In this document: piece by piece, positions 1-7,104 of the stretch
How positions within the stretch are numbered: the stretch's first letter is position 1
Layout of the letters: every line of letters starts with the position of its first letter
Source: a virus
Taxonomy: Duplodnaviria; Caudoviricetes
Virus record (IMG/VR): IMGVR_UViG_3300043431_000166
Coordinates: 1 to 39,943 of that record
DNA: 39,943 nucleotides
Strand: one strand, 5' to 3'
Notes under the pieces: model-generated
The model's database searches: none
What the model saw: only the letters and a program-made list of their open reading frames with translations
What the model was told of the DNA's origin: nothing
Position numbers and translations under genes: made by a program

Positions 1-189
1 CACGTAGGTATGCGTGTATGCCCTGATTGTGCGTCGTGGTGGATGACCCAAAATGAGGACACCGATCACGCTAGGAGGATGATCAACACCTGGATACCAG
101 TGCAGTCGCATCGGTTCGAGTTGCTGGAAGACTATGAACTAACCACAGAGCATTGGGAGGCCGAATCTACCTGCCCCCACATCACATAA
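1..189 (+). CDS. hypothetical protein, possibly 5'-truncated (HVGMRVCPDCASWW...CPHIT*)
   Basis: Open frame from base 1 to TAA at 187-189. Shares HVGMRVC and a CxxCAxW motif with the ORF at 412-675. Not in the ORF track. Confidence 0.45.
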   Translation, partial: HVGMRVCPDCASWWMTQNEDTDHARRMINTWIPVQSHRFELLEDYELTTEHWEAESTCPHIT

Positions 190-424
190 GACACTCCACA
201 GAGCCCGTCAAGGGCTTCCACTGAATGCTCCCATCACAATAGAACCTACCGAATCCCTTAAGCATAATTACCTGACATTGCGCGGTGCAGTACGGCATCT
301 CAGCCATATGACTCAGCACTCTGTCAGGCTCCATTGTGTTGTCTAAATAGCGATAGGAAGGACGAGTCTCCTCATCCCTCCCGCATCCAATGGCTAGTAT
401 TACCAATAGGATCAGTGACCGCAT
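182..424 (-). CDS. putative small lipoprotein
   Basis: N-terminus MRSLILLVILAIGC is a hydrophobic stretch with a lipobox-like AIGC; start overlaps the end of the upstream ORF. Confidence 0.55.
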   Translation of the reverse strand: MRSLILLVILAIGCGRDEETRPSYRYLDNTMEPDRVLSHMAEMPYCTAQCQVIMLKGFGRFYCDGSIQWKPLTGSVECLM

Positions 425-675
425 ACAGTTACCGTGTTTTCGGTTCGGCGGTATCTGAACGCGCTCTCTCGCCCCACGTTAATAGCGTAGACATAGTCCG
501 GCTCACGTTCAAAGTATCGCAGATTGGTATCAGCAGGGAATAGCCTAACCCATAGCCACCGGGCGCAATCCATGCAATAACGGTCACTGGGATTAATATG
601 CATACATACACGCATACCTACGTGAAGCGCACTCACACTACCCACAATACACATAGCCTTCTCATACTTATTCAT
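412..675 (-). CDS. hypothetical protein (CxxC)
   Basis: AGGAGG Shine-Dalgarno (SD) upstream, directly behind the promoter motif at 699-726. Confidence 0.65.
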   Translation of the reverse strand: MNKYEKAMCIVGSVSALHVGMRVCMHINPSDRYCMDCARWLWVRLFPADTNLRYFEREPDYVYAINVGRESAFRYRRTENTVTVCGH

Positions 676-698
676 ACATTACCTCCTGTACTAGGGGT

Positions 699-726
699 CT
701 TATCGGCACAATCCTATATAACTTGA
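699..726 (-). promoter_or_regulatory. sigma-28-type promoter
   Basis: TCAAGTT-N13-CCGATAAG on the minus strand. Confidence 0.8.
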
Positions 727-789
727 GGACTATTTGAGGCACGCTATATGCAATAATGCATAGACTATGCCACTAAATTAATTGATAGT

Positions 790-818
790 AAAAACCCCCG
801 GTTAGGGTACCCGGGGGG
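790..818 (-). terminator. putative intrinsic terminator
   Basis: CCCCCGG...CCGGGGG stem followed by TTTTT on the minus strand, downstream of the ORF at 876-1064. Confidence 0.55.
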
Positions 819-875
819 AATGCCGAAGGCATAGGATCATTTATCCGAAATAGTTTTAAACGACCCCCTATAATT

Positions 876-1064
876 TCACCTGCTTACGTAAGTCAGCGCT
901 ATTGTAGCTATCATACTGACCATCGTCAGTACCCATAACCCAAAGGTAGCGTCTCCTGAGTAGTTAGGACTCCCCATCGCGTAGAGTAACTGTCCACACA
1001 GAAGTACCGTCACGAGAACCTGCAAGTATATCACGGCATACCTCCAATACATAGGTTCGTTCAT
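876..1064 (-). CDS. small membrane protein (2 TM)
   Basis: Two hydrophobic segments. Confidence 0.55.
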   Translation of the reverse strand: MNEPMYWRYAVIYLQVLVTVLLCGQLLYAMGSPNYSGDATFGLWVLTMVSMIATIALTYVSR

Positions 1065-1161
1065 CTTGTGGTAGTGCGGACGACCAGCCCTGCACTAGTT
1101 CGTATTCAGCTTCTACTACCTCGCTATATGTCTCTGCTTCGTAGCGTTCTAGTCTATTCAT
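964..1161 (-). CDS. hypothetical protein
   Basis: ATG at 1161 (MNRLERYE) overlaps the end of the upstream ORF; the 3' end overlaps the next ORF by about 100 nt. Confidence 0.4.
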   Translation of the reverse strand: MNRLERYEAETYSEVVEAEYELVQGWSSALPQDERTYVLEVCRDILAGSRDGTSVWTVTLRDGES

Positions 1162-1381
1162 CCCCACTCCCACTGTATAGGTGCAGGCCATCAGGCTTAG
1201 ATATAAACAAGGTATCGGGACCGTAAGCCCCCACCATATTATCTATCCAGCGTAATCTACGACCCACGGTAGAGTTACATAATCCGGGAAGGGTAGCTAC
1301 TAGTTCCCTTGCCTCAGTAGCCGTGTATAGCCTAGGCCCTGCTGTCTGCTTTAGTGCTTGGCTCCATTCGTACTTGTTCAT
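1154..1381 (-). CDS. hypothetical protein
   Basis: ATGA coupling to the upstream ORF; begins MNKYE like the ORF at 412-675. Confidence 0.6.
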   Translation of the reverse strand: MNKYEWSQALKQTAGPRLYTATEARELVATLPGLCNSTVGRRLRWIDNMVGAYGPDTLFISKPDGLHLYSGSGDE

Positions 1382-1722
1382 ATATCTAAGTCCTCGATTG
1401 TGAAGGGTGTTTGGTTGGGGTCTTCCATGGCTCGGGGAGTCTCCCCGTCAATTCTGACCCACCAGACAGGCTGTCTGCCTGTACAGATGCCGTCAAGGTA
1501 GCTTGCGTTGTCGCTATGCCCATACTCATAGGGGATCAAGTACGTTGTGCTGCTCTTGCCTAGCGGTTTGATCTTACCCGGTTTAGTCGCCTTAGCGGCT
1601 CTATACTGCTCGTGTCTGTTCACTTGTAATCTCTCCACAGTTTGGATATATGTCGGTATTCCTTGGGTGGTGGACTCGCTGCCCAGGCTATGCCGAATCC
1701 TTGTTCGGTTCTCTGTGTACAT
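1378..1722 (-). CDS. hypothetical protein (start uncertain)
   Basis: Fills the gap in a co-oriented gene string; its stop is coupled to the next start. Confidence 0.45.
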   Translation of the reverse strand: MYTENRTRIRHSLGSESTTQGIPTYIQTVERLQVNRHEQYRAAKATKPGKIKPLGKSSTTYLIPYEYGHSDNASYLDGICTGRQPVWWVRIDGETPRAMEDPNQTPFTIEDLDI

Positions 1723-1928
1723 ACAAACAGTGCTCCGTGATCCTTAGCCTGCCTCGCCCATAATAGTCGCCCCTCCGGTGTAGAGTCCGGGTTGCCGGGC
1801 TGGTATGGGAATATCCCTGGCCTAGCTAACAACTCGTCGATAGTACACCAAGTTCTCTCGTCCGTGCTTAGGGCGATCCTAACCCCGGCTGCGTGTCCGC
1901 TGTATAACTCAATCTCTTGTCTGTTCAT
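1620..1928 (-). CDS. hypothetical protein
   Basis: AGGAGGTG SD; first gene behind the promoter at 1954-1981. Confidence 0.65.
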   Translation of the reverse strand: MNRQEIELYSGHAAGVRIALSTDERTWCTIDELLARPGIFPYQPGNPDSTPEGRLLWARQAKDHGALFVCTQRTEQGFGIAWAASPPPKEYRHISKLWRDYK

Positions 1929-1953
1929 TTCATCACCTCCTGGTTACAATACC

Positions 1954-1981
1954 CTTATCGGCAGAATAAAAAATAACTTGA
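1954..1981 (-). promoter_or_regulatory. sigma-28-type promoter
   Basis: TCAAGTT-N13-CCGATAAG followed by GGTATTGTAA. Confidence 0.85.
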
Positions 1982-1986
1982 GTCCC

Positions 1987-2014
1987 TAAAGTTTTCTGTA
2001 GAAGTACCGATAAG
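1987..2014 (+). promoter_or_regulatory. sigma-28-type promoter (divergent partner of 1954-1981)
   Basis: TAAAGTT-N13-CCGATAAG followed by ATTATTGTAAG. Confidence 0.85.
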
Positions 2015-2057
2015 ATTATTGTAAGTCAGGCAGGCAACAAACACCAGGAGCAAATAT

Positions 2058-2210
2058 ATGATGTTTAACCCAGCTGTAGCAATGTCAATCACTTTCGGTT
2101 TGATCGCTTTCATGGGCTCTCTGATTGTCCTTATCAAGTATCTGTCAGCCAGGGATGTCGCCCGCCTAGTTGCGGAGCAAGAAGACGACCGCGCCTGGAT
2201 CGACGGGTAA
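2058..2210 (+). CDS. 50-aa single-TM membrane protein (MMFNPAVAMSITFGLIAFMGSLIVLIKY...)
   Basis: Has its own promoter, AGGAG SD and downstream terminator; below the ORF-track cutoff. Confidence 0.75.
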   Translation: MMFNPAVAMSITFGLIAFMGSLIVLIKYLSARDVARLVAEQEDDRAWIDG

Positions 2211-2237
2211 TCTCCTGGTTCCTTCCCTTTGTCTTGG

Positions 2238-2265
2238 CCCTCAGACTTCGGTCTGGGGGTTTTTT
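2238..2265 (+). terminator. intrinsic terminator
   Basis: CCCTCAGAC-TTCG-GTCTGGGGG followed by T6. Confidence 0.85.
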
Positions 2266-2291
2266 GCGCCTGTAGATAGGGTTTTAGGCAT

Positions 2292-2314
2292 AAAAAAAGG
2301 ACCCTTTCGGGTCC
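2292..2314 (-). terminator. intrinsic terminator
   Basis: GGACCC-GAAA-GGGTCC followed by T7 on the minus strand. Confidence 0.85.
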
Positions 2315-2317
2315 GTG

Positions 2318-2419
2318 TTATTCTGCTGAGTAGAGGAACGCTAGGGCTAGGATGATCAGGAAGGGCACTACTACCGGTATGAACAGAAGCCATGATATGA
2401 TTTGCACTATGTACCTCAT
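2318..2419 (-). CDS. 33-aa hydrophobic peptide (MRYIVQIISWLLFIPVVVPFLIILALAFLYSAE)
   Basis: ATGA overlap with the upstream ORF, AAGGAG SD, and ends just before the terminator. Confidence 0.65.
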   Translation of the reverse strand: MRYIVQIISWLLFIPVVVPFLIILALAFLYSAE

Positions 2420-2580
2420 TTAGACTCCTTACGGAACGCATAGTATACAAGGCGCAGAGGCAGGGTCACTATACCAAAGATCATGGTGAGTACCACAAGG
2501 TAGACAGATACTTCTAGGGCCACATGCAGACCAGCAAAGAGTGCCAGCAGCATCAGAGCGATTACTATCTTGTTAAACAT
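2416..2580 (-). CDS. 54-aa membrane protein (MFNKIVIALMLLALFAGLHV...)
   Basis: AGGAG SD behind the promoter at 2630-2657; almost entirely hydrophobic. Confidence 0.7.
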   Translation of the reverse strand: MFNKIVIALMLLALFAGLHVALEVSVYLVVLTMIFGIVTLPLRLVYYAFRKESK

Positions 2581-2629
2581 GGTGTGTTCTCCTGGTTTTT
2601 GGCGGGCTCTCTGCCTGCCTTATAATACT

Positions 2630-2657
2630 CTTATCGGTCGCTCTCAGGAAAACTTGA
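2630..2657 (-). promoter_or_regulatory. sigma-28-type promoter
   Basis: TCAAGTT-N13-CCGATAAG. Confidence 0.85.
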
Positions 2658-2663
2658 GGAAAT

Positions 2664-2691
2664 AAAAAATCCCCAACCTAAGCCGGGGATT
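2664..2691 (-). terminator. putative intrinsic terminator after the amidotransferase gene
   Basis: AATCCCC...GGGGATT stem followed by a T-run on the minus strand. Confidence 0.7.
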
Positions 2692-2706
2692 GTCATTCAG
2701 GAGGAC

Positions 2707-3405
2707 TTACTTGCCGGAACTAGTGTACTTGTGGGCGACACTGTCCCATGCGAATTCGGTGTCAGAATCATAGTCGTCTTTAATCGGTTGGGCTACTGGG
2801 ACCATCCCGCCGATGATGCGATAGTCCTTAGCATACCCCGTCAATACGGGGTGTCGTATGTCCGCGACAGCATTGGTGGAATAATTACCCTGTCTGTCTG
2901 TGAACAGCATACCGCCACCCACCCGTATCACGCTATAGGAACCCTGCTCAGGGCGGACCAGGAAGATATTGGCGAAATATTCCCCTGCTGTTTCCAGGTC
3001 TTCCAGGTGGTGCTTAGCAGTGTCGGTGCGGTAGTCAACCAAGTTGAACGAGTCCACGGCTAAGTTGCGGTAATTGCGGATGACGCCGTTATGCTGGATC
3101 ATGGTGCCGTGGCTATCCGTGAAGCCGTGGTTGAACGGGACGCCCACAAAGTCTGTGGTGGCCATTCGGGTATGAAGCCACATACGGCTGCACTCAGAGG
3201 CACTGGAGAAGAACATGTCAATCATGTTGAGTACATGCCCCACGGCCATGCAATTCAAGTGCAGGTTGGTCATGGGTGCCAGTGGGTCCACCAGGATCAG
3301 GGACAGACCGTCACCGTTATATGTCACGTCTTTCAGGATGCGTGCGTTGAATTCGCGGCGATCGGCCAAGTAAGTATCGCGGTCAAGGCTGATAAGTGTA
3401 CACAA
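2707..3405 (-). CDS. class II (Ntn) glutamine amidotransferase-like protein
   Basis: N-terminal nucleophile Cys (MC), HTRMAT and HNGVI motifs; AGGAGG SD. Confidence 0.8.
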   Translation of the reverse strand: MCTLISLDRDTYLADRREFNARILKDVTYNGDGLSLILVDPLAPMTNLHLNCMAVGHVLNMIDMFFSSASECSRMWLHTRMATTDFVGVPFNHGFTDSHGTMIQHNGVIRNYRNLAVDSFNLVDYRTDTAKHHLEDLETAGEYFANIFLVRPEQGSYSVIRVGGGMLFTDRQGNYSTNAVADIRHPVLTGYAKDYRIIGGMVPVAQPIKDDYDSDTEFAWDSVAHKYTSSGK

Positions 3406-3432
3406 GGTAGTATCCTCCTGGTTTGTTGTGTG

Positions 3433-4245
3433 TTACGCTGAACGTTGACGTTGGAACTCAAGGCTAACCTTCTCAGGGTTAGTACCCTTAGGGTGATTGC
3501 GCTGAGTGTATTGCACAAGCTCCTTGAGGGTATCGGCTCTCAGCTGCTTTTGCAGAGATCGGCCTGCCTTAAGGGCTTCGCTGGCCACCGTGTTAAACTC
3601 AAGTAAGGCGTCTGTTGATACGAGGGACTTGTCCATACCTTCTTTGACGCGGTATGCATGGCGAAGGGCGTCAATCGCCAGCAGCAAGCACTTCCATGCC
3701 TCATGTTGGGTCGTGACGTTACCGAACAGGCGGAACTCCCAAGTACCATGGCTATGTCCGTGCACCGCCGTGAACTTCTCAGCAGCAATATTGAACTTGC
3801 AGAACCGGATAGCACTAGACTTAAGGCGGTCGCGGACGCCATCAGGCAATCGGTGCTGGTTCTCAAGTAGGTAGGCCATAAGATCGGCTTGCATGCGTTT
3901 GCCGTACCTGTGGCGGACGCCCTGCACGGACAGGTGAATGTGAAAGCTACAACCTTCGTCGATCTCGAAGTCATGGCCAGTGAACAGGGCGATAGCAGCA
4001 CTCATAAACTGTTGAGGAGTGAGGGCTCCTTCGGTACGTACTTCCCCGCCACGGACACTAGAGTCACTGCCAACTTCCACGAATGGGGCTGATATCTCAT
4101 TAGCTGGACAGCCATCGCCGCTCTCGTCCTGGGATACCCCGTTAACTGATTGGAATTCAAGCTCAAAGCCACAACGGATTAGGCCCTTACGTATTGCGTC
4201 AAGTGCTGAAGTAGTCTGAGCCAGTGCTTTCATTGGTGCGGTCAT
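3433..4245 (-). CDS. putative amidoligase (COOH-NH2 ligase family)
   Basis: GFELEF, DSSV..E, CSFHIHLS and HGTWEFRLF motifs typical of phage amidoligases. Confidence 0.8.
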   Translation of the reverse strand: MTAPMKALAQTTSALDAIRKGLIRCGFELEFQSVNGVSQDESGDGCPANEISAPFVEVGSDSSVRGGEVRTEGALTPQQFMSAAIALFTGHDFEIDEGCSFHIHLSVQGVRHRYGKRMQADLMAYLLENQHRLPDGVRDRLKSSAIRFCKFNIAAEKFTAVHGHSHGTWEFRLFGNVTTQHEAWKCLLLAIDALRHAYRVKEGMDKSLVSTDALLEFNTVASEALKAGRSLQKQLRADTLKELVQYTQRNHPKGTNPEKVSLEFQRQRSA

Positions 4246-4289
4246 TGTATTCTCTCCTGATTTATTTGTCTCACGCTGCTTACAAATAC

Positions 4290-4317
4290 CTTATCGGCCA
4301 GTCTCAGAAAAACTTGA
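4290..4317 (-). promoter_or_regulatory. sigma-28-type promoter
   Basis: TCAAGTT-N13-CCGATAAG followed by GTATTTGTAAG. Confidence 0.85.
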
Positions 4318-4352
4318 ATTTATTTTTTGGGGGCTAGGCCCCCGTACGTCCT

Positions 4353-4583
4353 TCACGGAAACCTACCTGCTACGAACTCCCTACTCTTGACTGATCTCGG
4401 GAGCTTAAACCCCCTAAAGAATGCCAGGATCATTCCGGTACGTGTGAGCCCTACGGCCCCCCTGCACCGACAGCATACTTTACGCGGTAGATCCTTACCC
4501 CCGTTAGTACCAAACGTTGGGATTTTCCATGTCCAATGGGGGGCCCACCCGTGAAGGTGGCAGAACTTGCGGCGTATATTCAT
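4353..4583 (-). CDS. hypothetical Cys/His-containing protein
   Basis: ATGA coupling; CxxHGW...CCRC pattern. Confidence 0.5.
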   Translation of the reverse strand: MNIRRKFCHLHGWAPHWTWKIPTFGTNGGKDLPRKVCCRCRGAVGLTRTGMILAFFRGFKLPRSVKSREFVAGRFP

Positions 4584-4816
4584 TGGACCACCATAGGGAA
4601 ATAGTCTACAATTTCCACCAACCTAAAGTCGGGGTTCTCCCGATCGAGCCACGCCCAGTTAGTGCGGTAAAAGATGGAATAGTGCAGCGCATGGTTGGCG
4701 GATTCTCCCTGCACCTTGAGTACAGCTTCAGAGTAGCCATTGCTCTCGGTCAAATGGATCACTTGGTAAACAACCTCATCAGAATCCATGACATACATAC
4801 CTACTCGTAGAATCAT
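4580..4816 (-). CDS. hypothetical protein
   Basis: ATGA coupling on both sides; GAGGAG SD. Confidence 0.6.
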   Translation of the reverse strand: MILRVGMYVMDSDEVVYQVIHLTESNGYSEAVLKVQGESANHALHYSIFYRTNWAWLDRENPDFRLVEIVDYFPMVVQ

Positions 4817-5178
4817 ACTTTCTCCTCTTCACTTTTGTTGGTTGGGTACGCCCAGCTTCTGGGGCGTCCATCATCTACATGCAAAAACCCAGTACCCTTG
4901 ACCACTGTGGGGAAGAACAGGAGGGCCTGCATGTGAAGCCGGTCCATATCCTTCGCCCAGATGTCAGCCGCCCTACCCTCAACGTGGAGGCTCTTTTTAG
5001 CCCCGCCAACGGCTTTGTTATGGGTGGGGCACCTGTAGCCACTACTGATCCCTATCGTCTCCCCAAAGGCCGTTCTGAGGGCCTGTAGTCGATCCATGAA
5101 GGAATCCCGCATAAGACACAGCCCGCAGTGGCGACAGGCCATCTCCTGTACTGTAAAGTTCTTAGTCAATTGTTTCAT
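4813..5178 (-). CDS. peptidase M15A family protein (endolysin candidate)
   Basis: NF..EM.C.HCG, SGYRCP.HN..VGGA..S.H..G.AAD and FLHVD motifs; probable start ATG at 5178. Confidence 0.85.
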   Translation of the reverse strand: MKQLTKNFTVQEMACRHCGLCLMRDSFMDRLQALRTAFGETIGISSGYRCPTHNKAVGGAKKSLHVEGRAADIWAKDMDRLHMQALLFFPTVVKGTGFLHVDDGRPRSWAYPTNKSEEEKV

Positions 5179-5605
5179 GCGGGTTCTCCGGTAAACTGTC
5201 GCGGGCGGTGCCATACGCCTCCTGCCATAACATCATATTAATGTTACAGGCGGCTAACCATAAGTGCTTGATCTGAGGGGCCTTATTTTCGTACTTTTCC
5301 ACCAGACGCGCGGTAGTGTCCTGGTCGATATCTTCCCCCATCCTAGCCGCTAGGAGGTGCCGTATGGCCCCGTCTATGAGGTCCTGTCGGTCATGTCCCT
5401 TAAGGAAGTTCCAGGCGTCGTACTTAAGCTCTCCCGCCAGCATACCGAAGGCGGTACCCGTCATGAACTCGGGGTGCAGGTACTTGAGGGGGGGTTTGCA
5501 GTCCCGTACATGGTCTTTTTTGGCCGTATTCCCGCTAGCTTGGCGGTACGCCATATCAATGGGGGTTCCCAGGTCGTCAGTCGTAGAATTCTTTGGGTCG
5601 CTCAT
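5162..5605 (-). CDS. DUF5664-like (MazG-like) dNTP diphosphohydrolase
   Basis: K.D..K, G..KY..WNF.KG, A.RHL...GED.D and HL..AACN..ML pattern. Confidence 0.7.
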   Translation of the reverse strand: MSDPKNSTTDDLGTPIDMAYRQASGNTAKKDHVRDCKPPLKYLHPEFMTGTAFGMLAGELKYDAWNFLKGHDRQDLIDGAIRHLLAARMGEDIDQDTTARLVEKYENKAPQIKHLWLAACNINMMLWQEAYGTARDSLPENPHETID

Positions 5606-5774
5606 TTTTTATCCTCTTCATGAGTTCGTTTATCTTACCTAGCGCCTCTTGTACTCTGCGCATTCTGGCTACCATCGGATCGGGCTCCGGTGGCTTAGCG
5701 GGGAACTTGATAATATCGCCCATACTACTCCCATACGCCCAGCAAGCAAAATTTACCGTCAGGTAGTGGTTCAC
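5577..5774 (-). CDS. hypothetical protein
   Basis: Co-oriented with overlapping neighbours; the start may be the internal MGDIIKFP. Confidence 0.5.
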   Translation of the reverse strand: MNHYLTVNFACWAYGSSMGDIIKFPAKPPEPDPMVARMRRVQEALGKINELMKRIKNERPKEFYD

Positions 5775-6091
5775 TCGCCTTGAGAAGCAATGAATCCCCT
5801 GCAGGACGCTGGAGTATCAGCGCCTTCGCCGATGGGTAACGCTTCCAGATCTCTCGCGCATAAAAGTACTTCCGCAACATCACTTATCTCCTTGATACTT
5901 TCGGTTACCGCCCGAACACACTCTAAGCGGTCATATTCTGGCAGGGCTAGGCACCCTGCGATATCCACACGGACAGTTACGTCCACCACGATCCGCTGCT
6001 CTCCGTAGGTGCCCACGTCCCCAGAGGCGCGGTGGTCAACTCGGCAGTTCGTCATCATCGGTAATAGGAACAATAACGGCAGTATACGCAT
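5771..6091 (-). CDS. putative lipoprotein
   Basis: MRILPLLFLLPMMTNC signal-like N-terminus ending in Cys. Confidence 0.55.
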   Translation of the reverse strand: MRILPLLFLLPMMTNCRVDHRASGDVGTYGEQRIVVDVTVRVDIAGCLALPEYDRLECVRAVTESIKEISDVAEVLLCARDLEALPIGEGADTPASCRGFIASQGE

Positions 6092-6239
6092 CACCTTTTC
6101 CCCATACAATTAAGGTTGCACTGATAAGCTCGGGGATAAACCCCAGTAACAGCAGTCTTGTTCTGGCCTCTGTGGCTGAGGAGCACTCTCGCCACTCGCA
6201 CAGCTCGCCCGGTTCCTTGTAGATCTCGTATCGAACCAT
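6036..6239 (-). CDS. hypothetical protein
   Basis: GGAGGT SD; first gene behind the promoter at 6274-6301. Confidence 0.6.
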   Translation of the reverse strand: MVRYEIYKEPGELCEWRECSSATEARTRLLLLGFIPELISATLIVWGKGDAYTAVIVPITDDDELPS

Positions 6240-6273
6240 TTAACCTCCAAACGAAAAAACGGCCACTACATAC

Positions 6274-6301
6274 CTTATCGGCATGCGGCGGCCTAACTTT
6301 A
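6274..6301 (-). promoter_or_regulatory. sigma-28-type promoter
   Basis: TAAAGTT-N12-GCCGATAAG, the full consensus including the G. Confidence 0.85.
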
Positions 6302-6544
6302 GGGCTTTTTCATATAGAGTTGGAAGCCCAGCCAGAGGGTGGTAGCCACCCCTGGGAAGGTGATGAACGTCAGGATACCTACTGCCTTGTAGTACGCGGC
6401 CTTAAGCTTGGCCACATCCTCCTTCTGTTCCTGCACCTTCTCGGCCATGTTGCTCTCCTTGACCATTAGAGCTGTCACTTTGTCCGACATGTCGTCAAGC
6501 TTTTGCTCTATACGTCGTAGGGTTTCCCGGTCTTCTGAAGCCAT
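6299..6544 (-). CDS. holin/XhlA-like protein (coiled coil plus C-terminal TM)
   Basis: Heptad-like N-terminal part with a hydrophobic C-terminal helix; last gene of the structural block; AAGGAGG SD. Confidence 0.55.
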   Translation of the reverse strand: MASEDRETLRRIEQKLDDMSDKVTALMVKESNMAEKVQEQKEDVAKLKAAYYKAVGILTFITFPGVATTLWLGFQLYMKKP

Positions 6545-6556
6545 GGCCTACCCTCC

Positions 6557-6727
6557 TTAGAACGCCTTGTTCAGCGCTGCGAGAAGTTCAGGCTTAGCCT
6601 TGGACATGTAGTCCACCATTTCGTCATCGATCGGGGTCTCCGACTTCTTGGCTTCCTGGCGGAGGACAGTGATCAGAGCGTCAAACACAAAGTCTTTAGC
6701 GAGGTTGAGTAGCAAATTCTTTAACAT
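6557..6727 (-). CDS. 56-aa protein (MLKNLLLNLAKDFVFDAL...SETPIDDEMV...), possibly lysis-associated
   Basis: GGAG SD, fills the gap exactly, below the ORF cutoff; function inferred from position only. Confidence 0.65.
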   Translation of the reverse strand: MLKNLLLNLAKDFVFDALITVLRQEAKKSETPIDDEMVDYMSKAKPELLAALNKAF

Positions 6728-6728
6728 A

Positions 6729-7058
6729 TCATACTCCCTTGGAATGACCCGTGATTACGCACGAGGTCAGGTTATTCGTTGTCTTGTCGATGAACACTTT
6801 GTAGTACTTGCTGGGTGCGTCAGTCAGCTTTAGAAACACTACCTGGGTGCCTGACGTGGCAGACAGAGCCGCTGTGGTCGAGGTAGCCGCGTAGTTTACC
6901 CCGTCGTTTGACTCGTACAACGTAAACGCGTATGTGACAGTAGTACCGGCAGCTACGATCTGAACGGATAGTGATGTGTTCTGGAGCATCTCTATCACTG
7001 AGCTGAACGTGTCATCAGTGACGGCAGCGTCAAACATCTTCATGGTATTGAATAGCAT
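6729..7058 (-). CDS. putative virion protein (similar to 8692-9060)
   Basis: GGAGG SD; beta-rich with a SVQ....S.DG pattern comparable to 8692-9060. Confidence 0.65.
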   Translation of the reverse strand: MLFNTMKMFDAAVTDDTFSSVIEMLQNTSLSVQIVAAGTTVTYAFTLYESNDGVNYAATSTTAALSATSGTQVVFLKLTDAPSKYYKVFIDKTTNNLTSCVITGHSKGV

Positions 7059-7104
7059 TAAATTCCTCCAGCGGCCTCCCGACCGCTTGTTGTGTGTGTG
7101 GGTT

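Larger units (their letters stand above)
1..624. repeat. 20-bp exact inverted repeat (1-20 vs 605-624)
   Basis: cacgtaggtatgcgtgtatg at 1-20 is the reverse complement of catacacgcatacctacgtg at 605-624. Confidence 0.9.
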
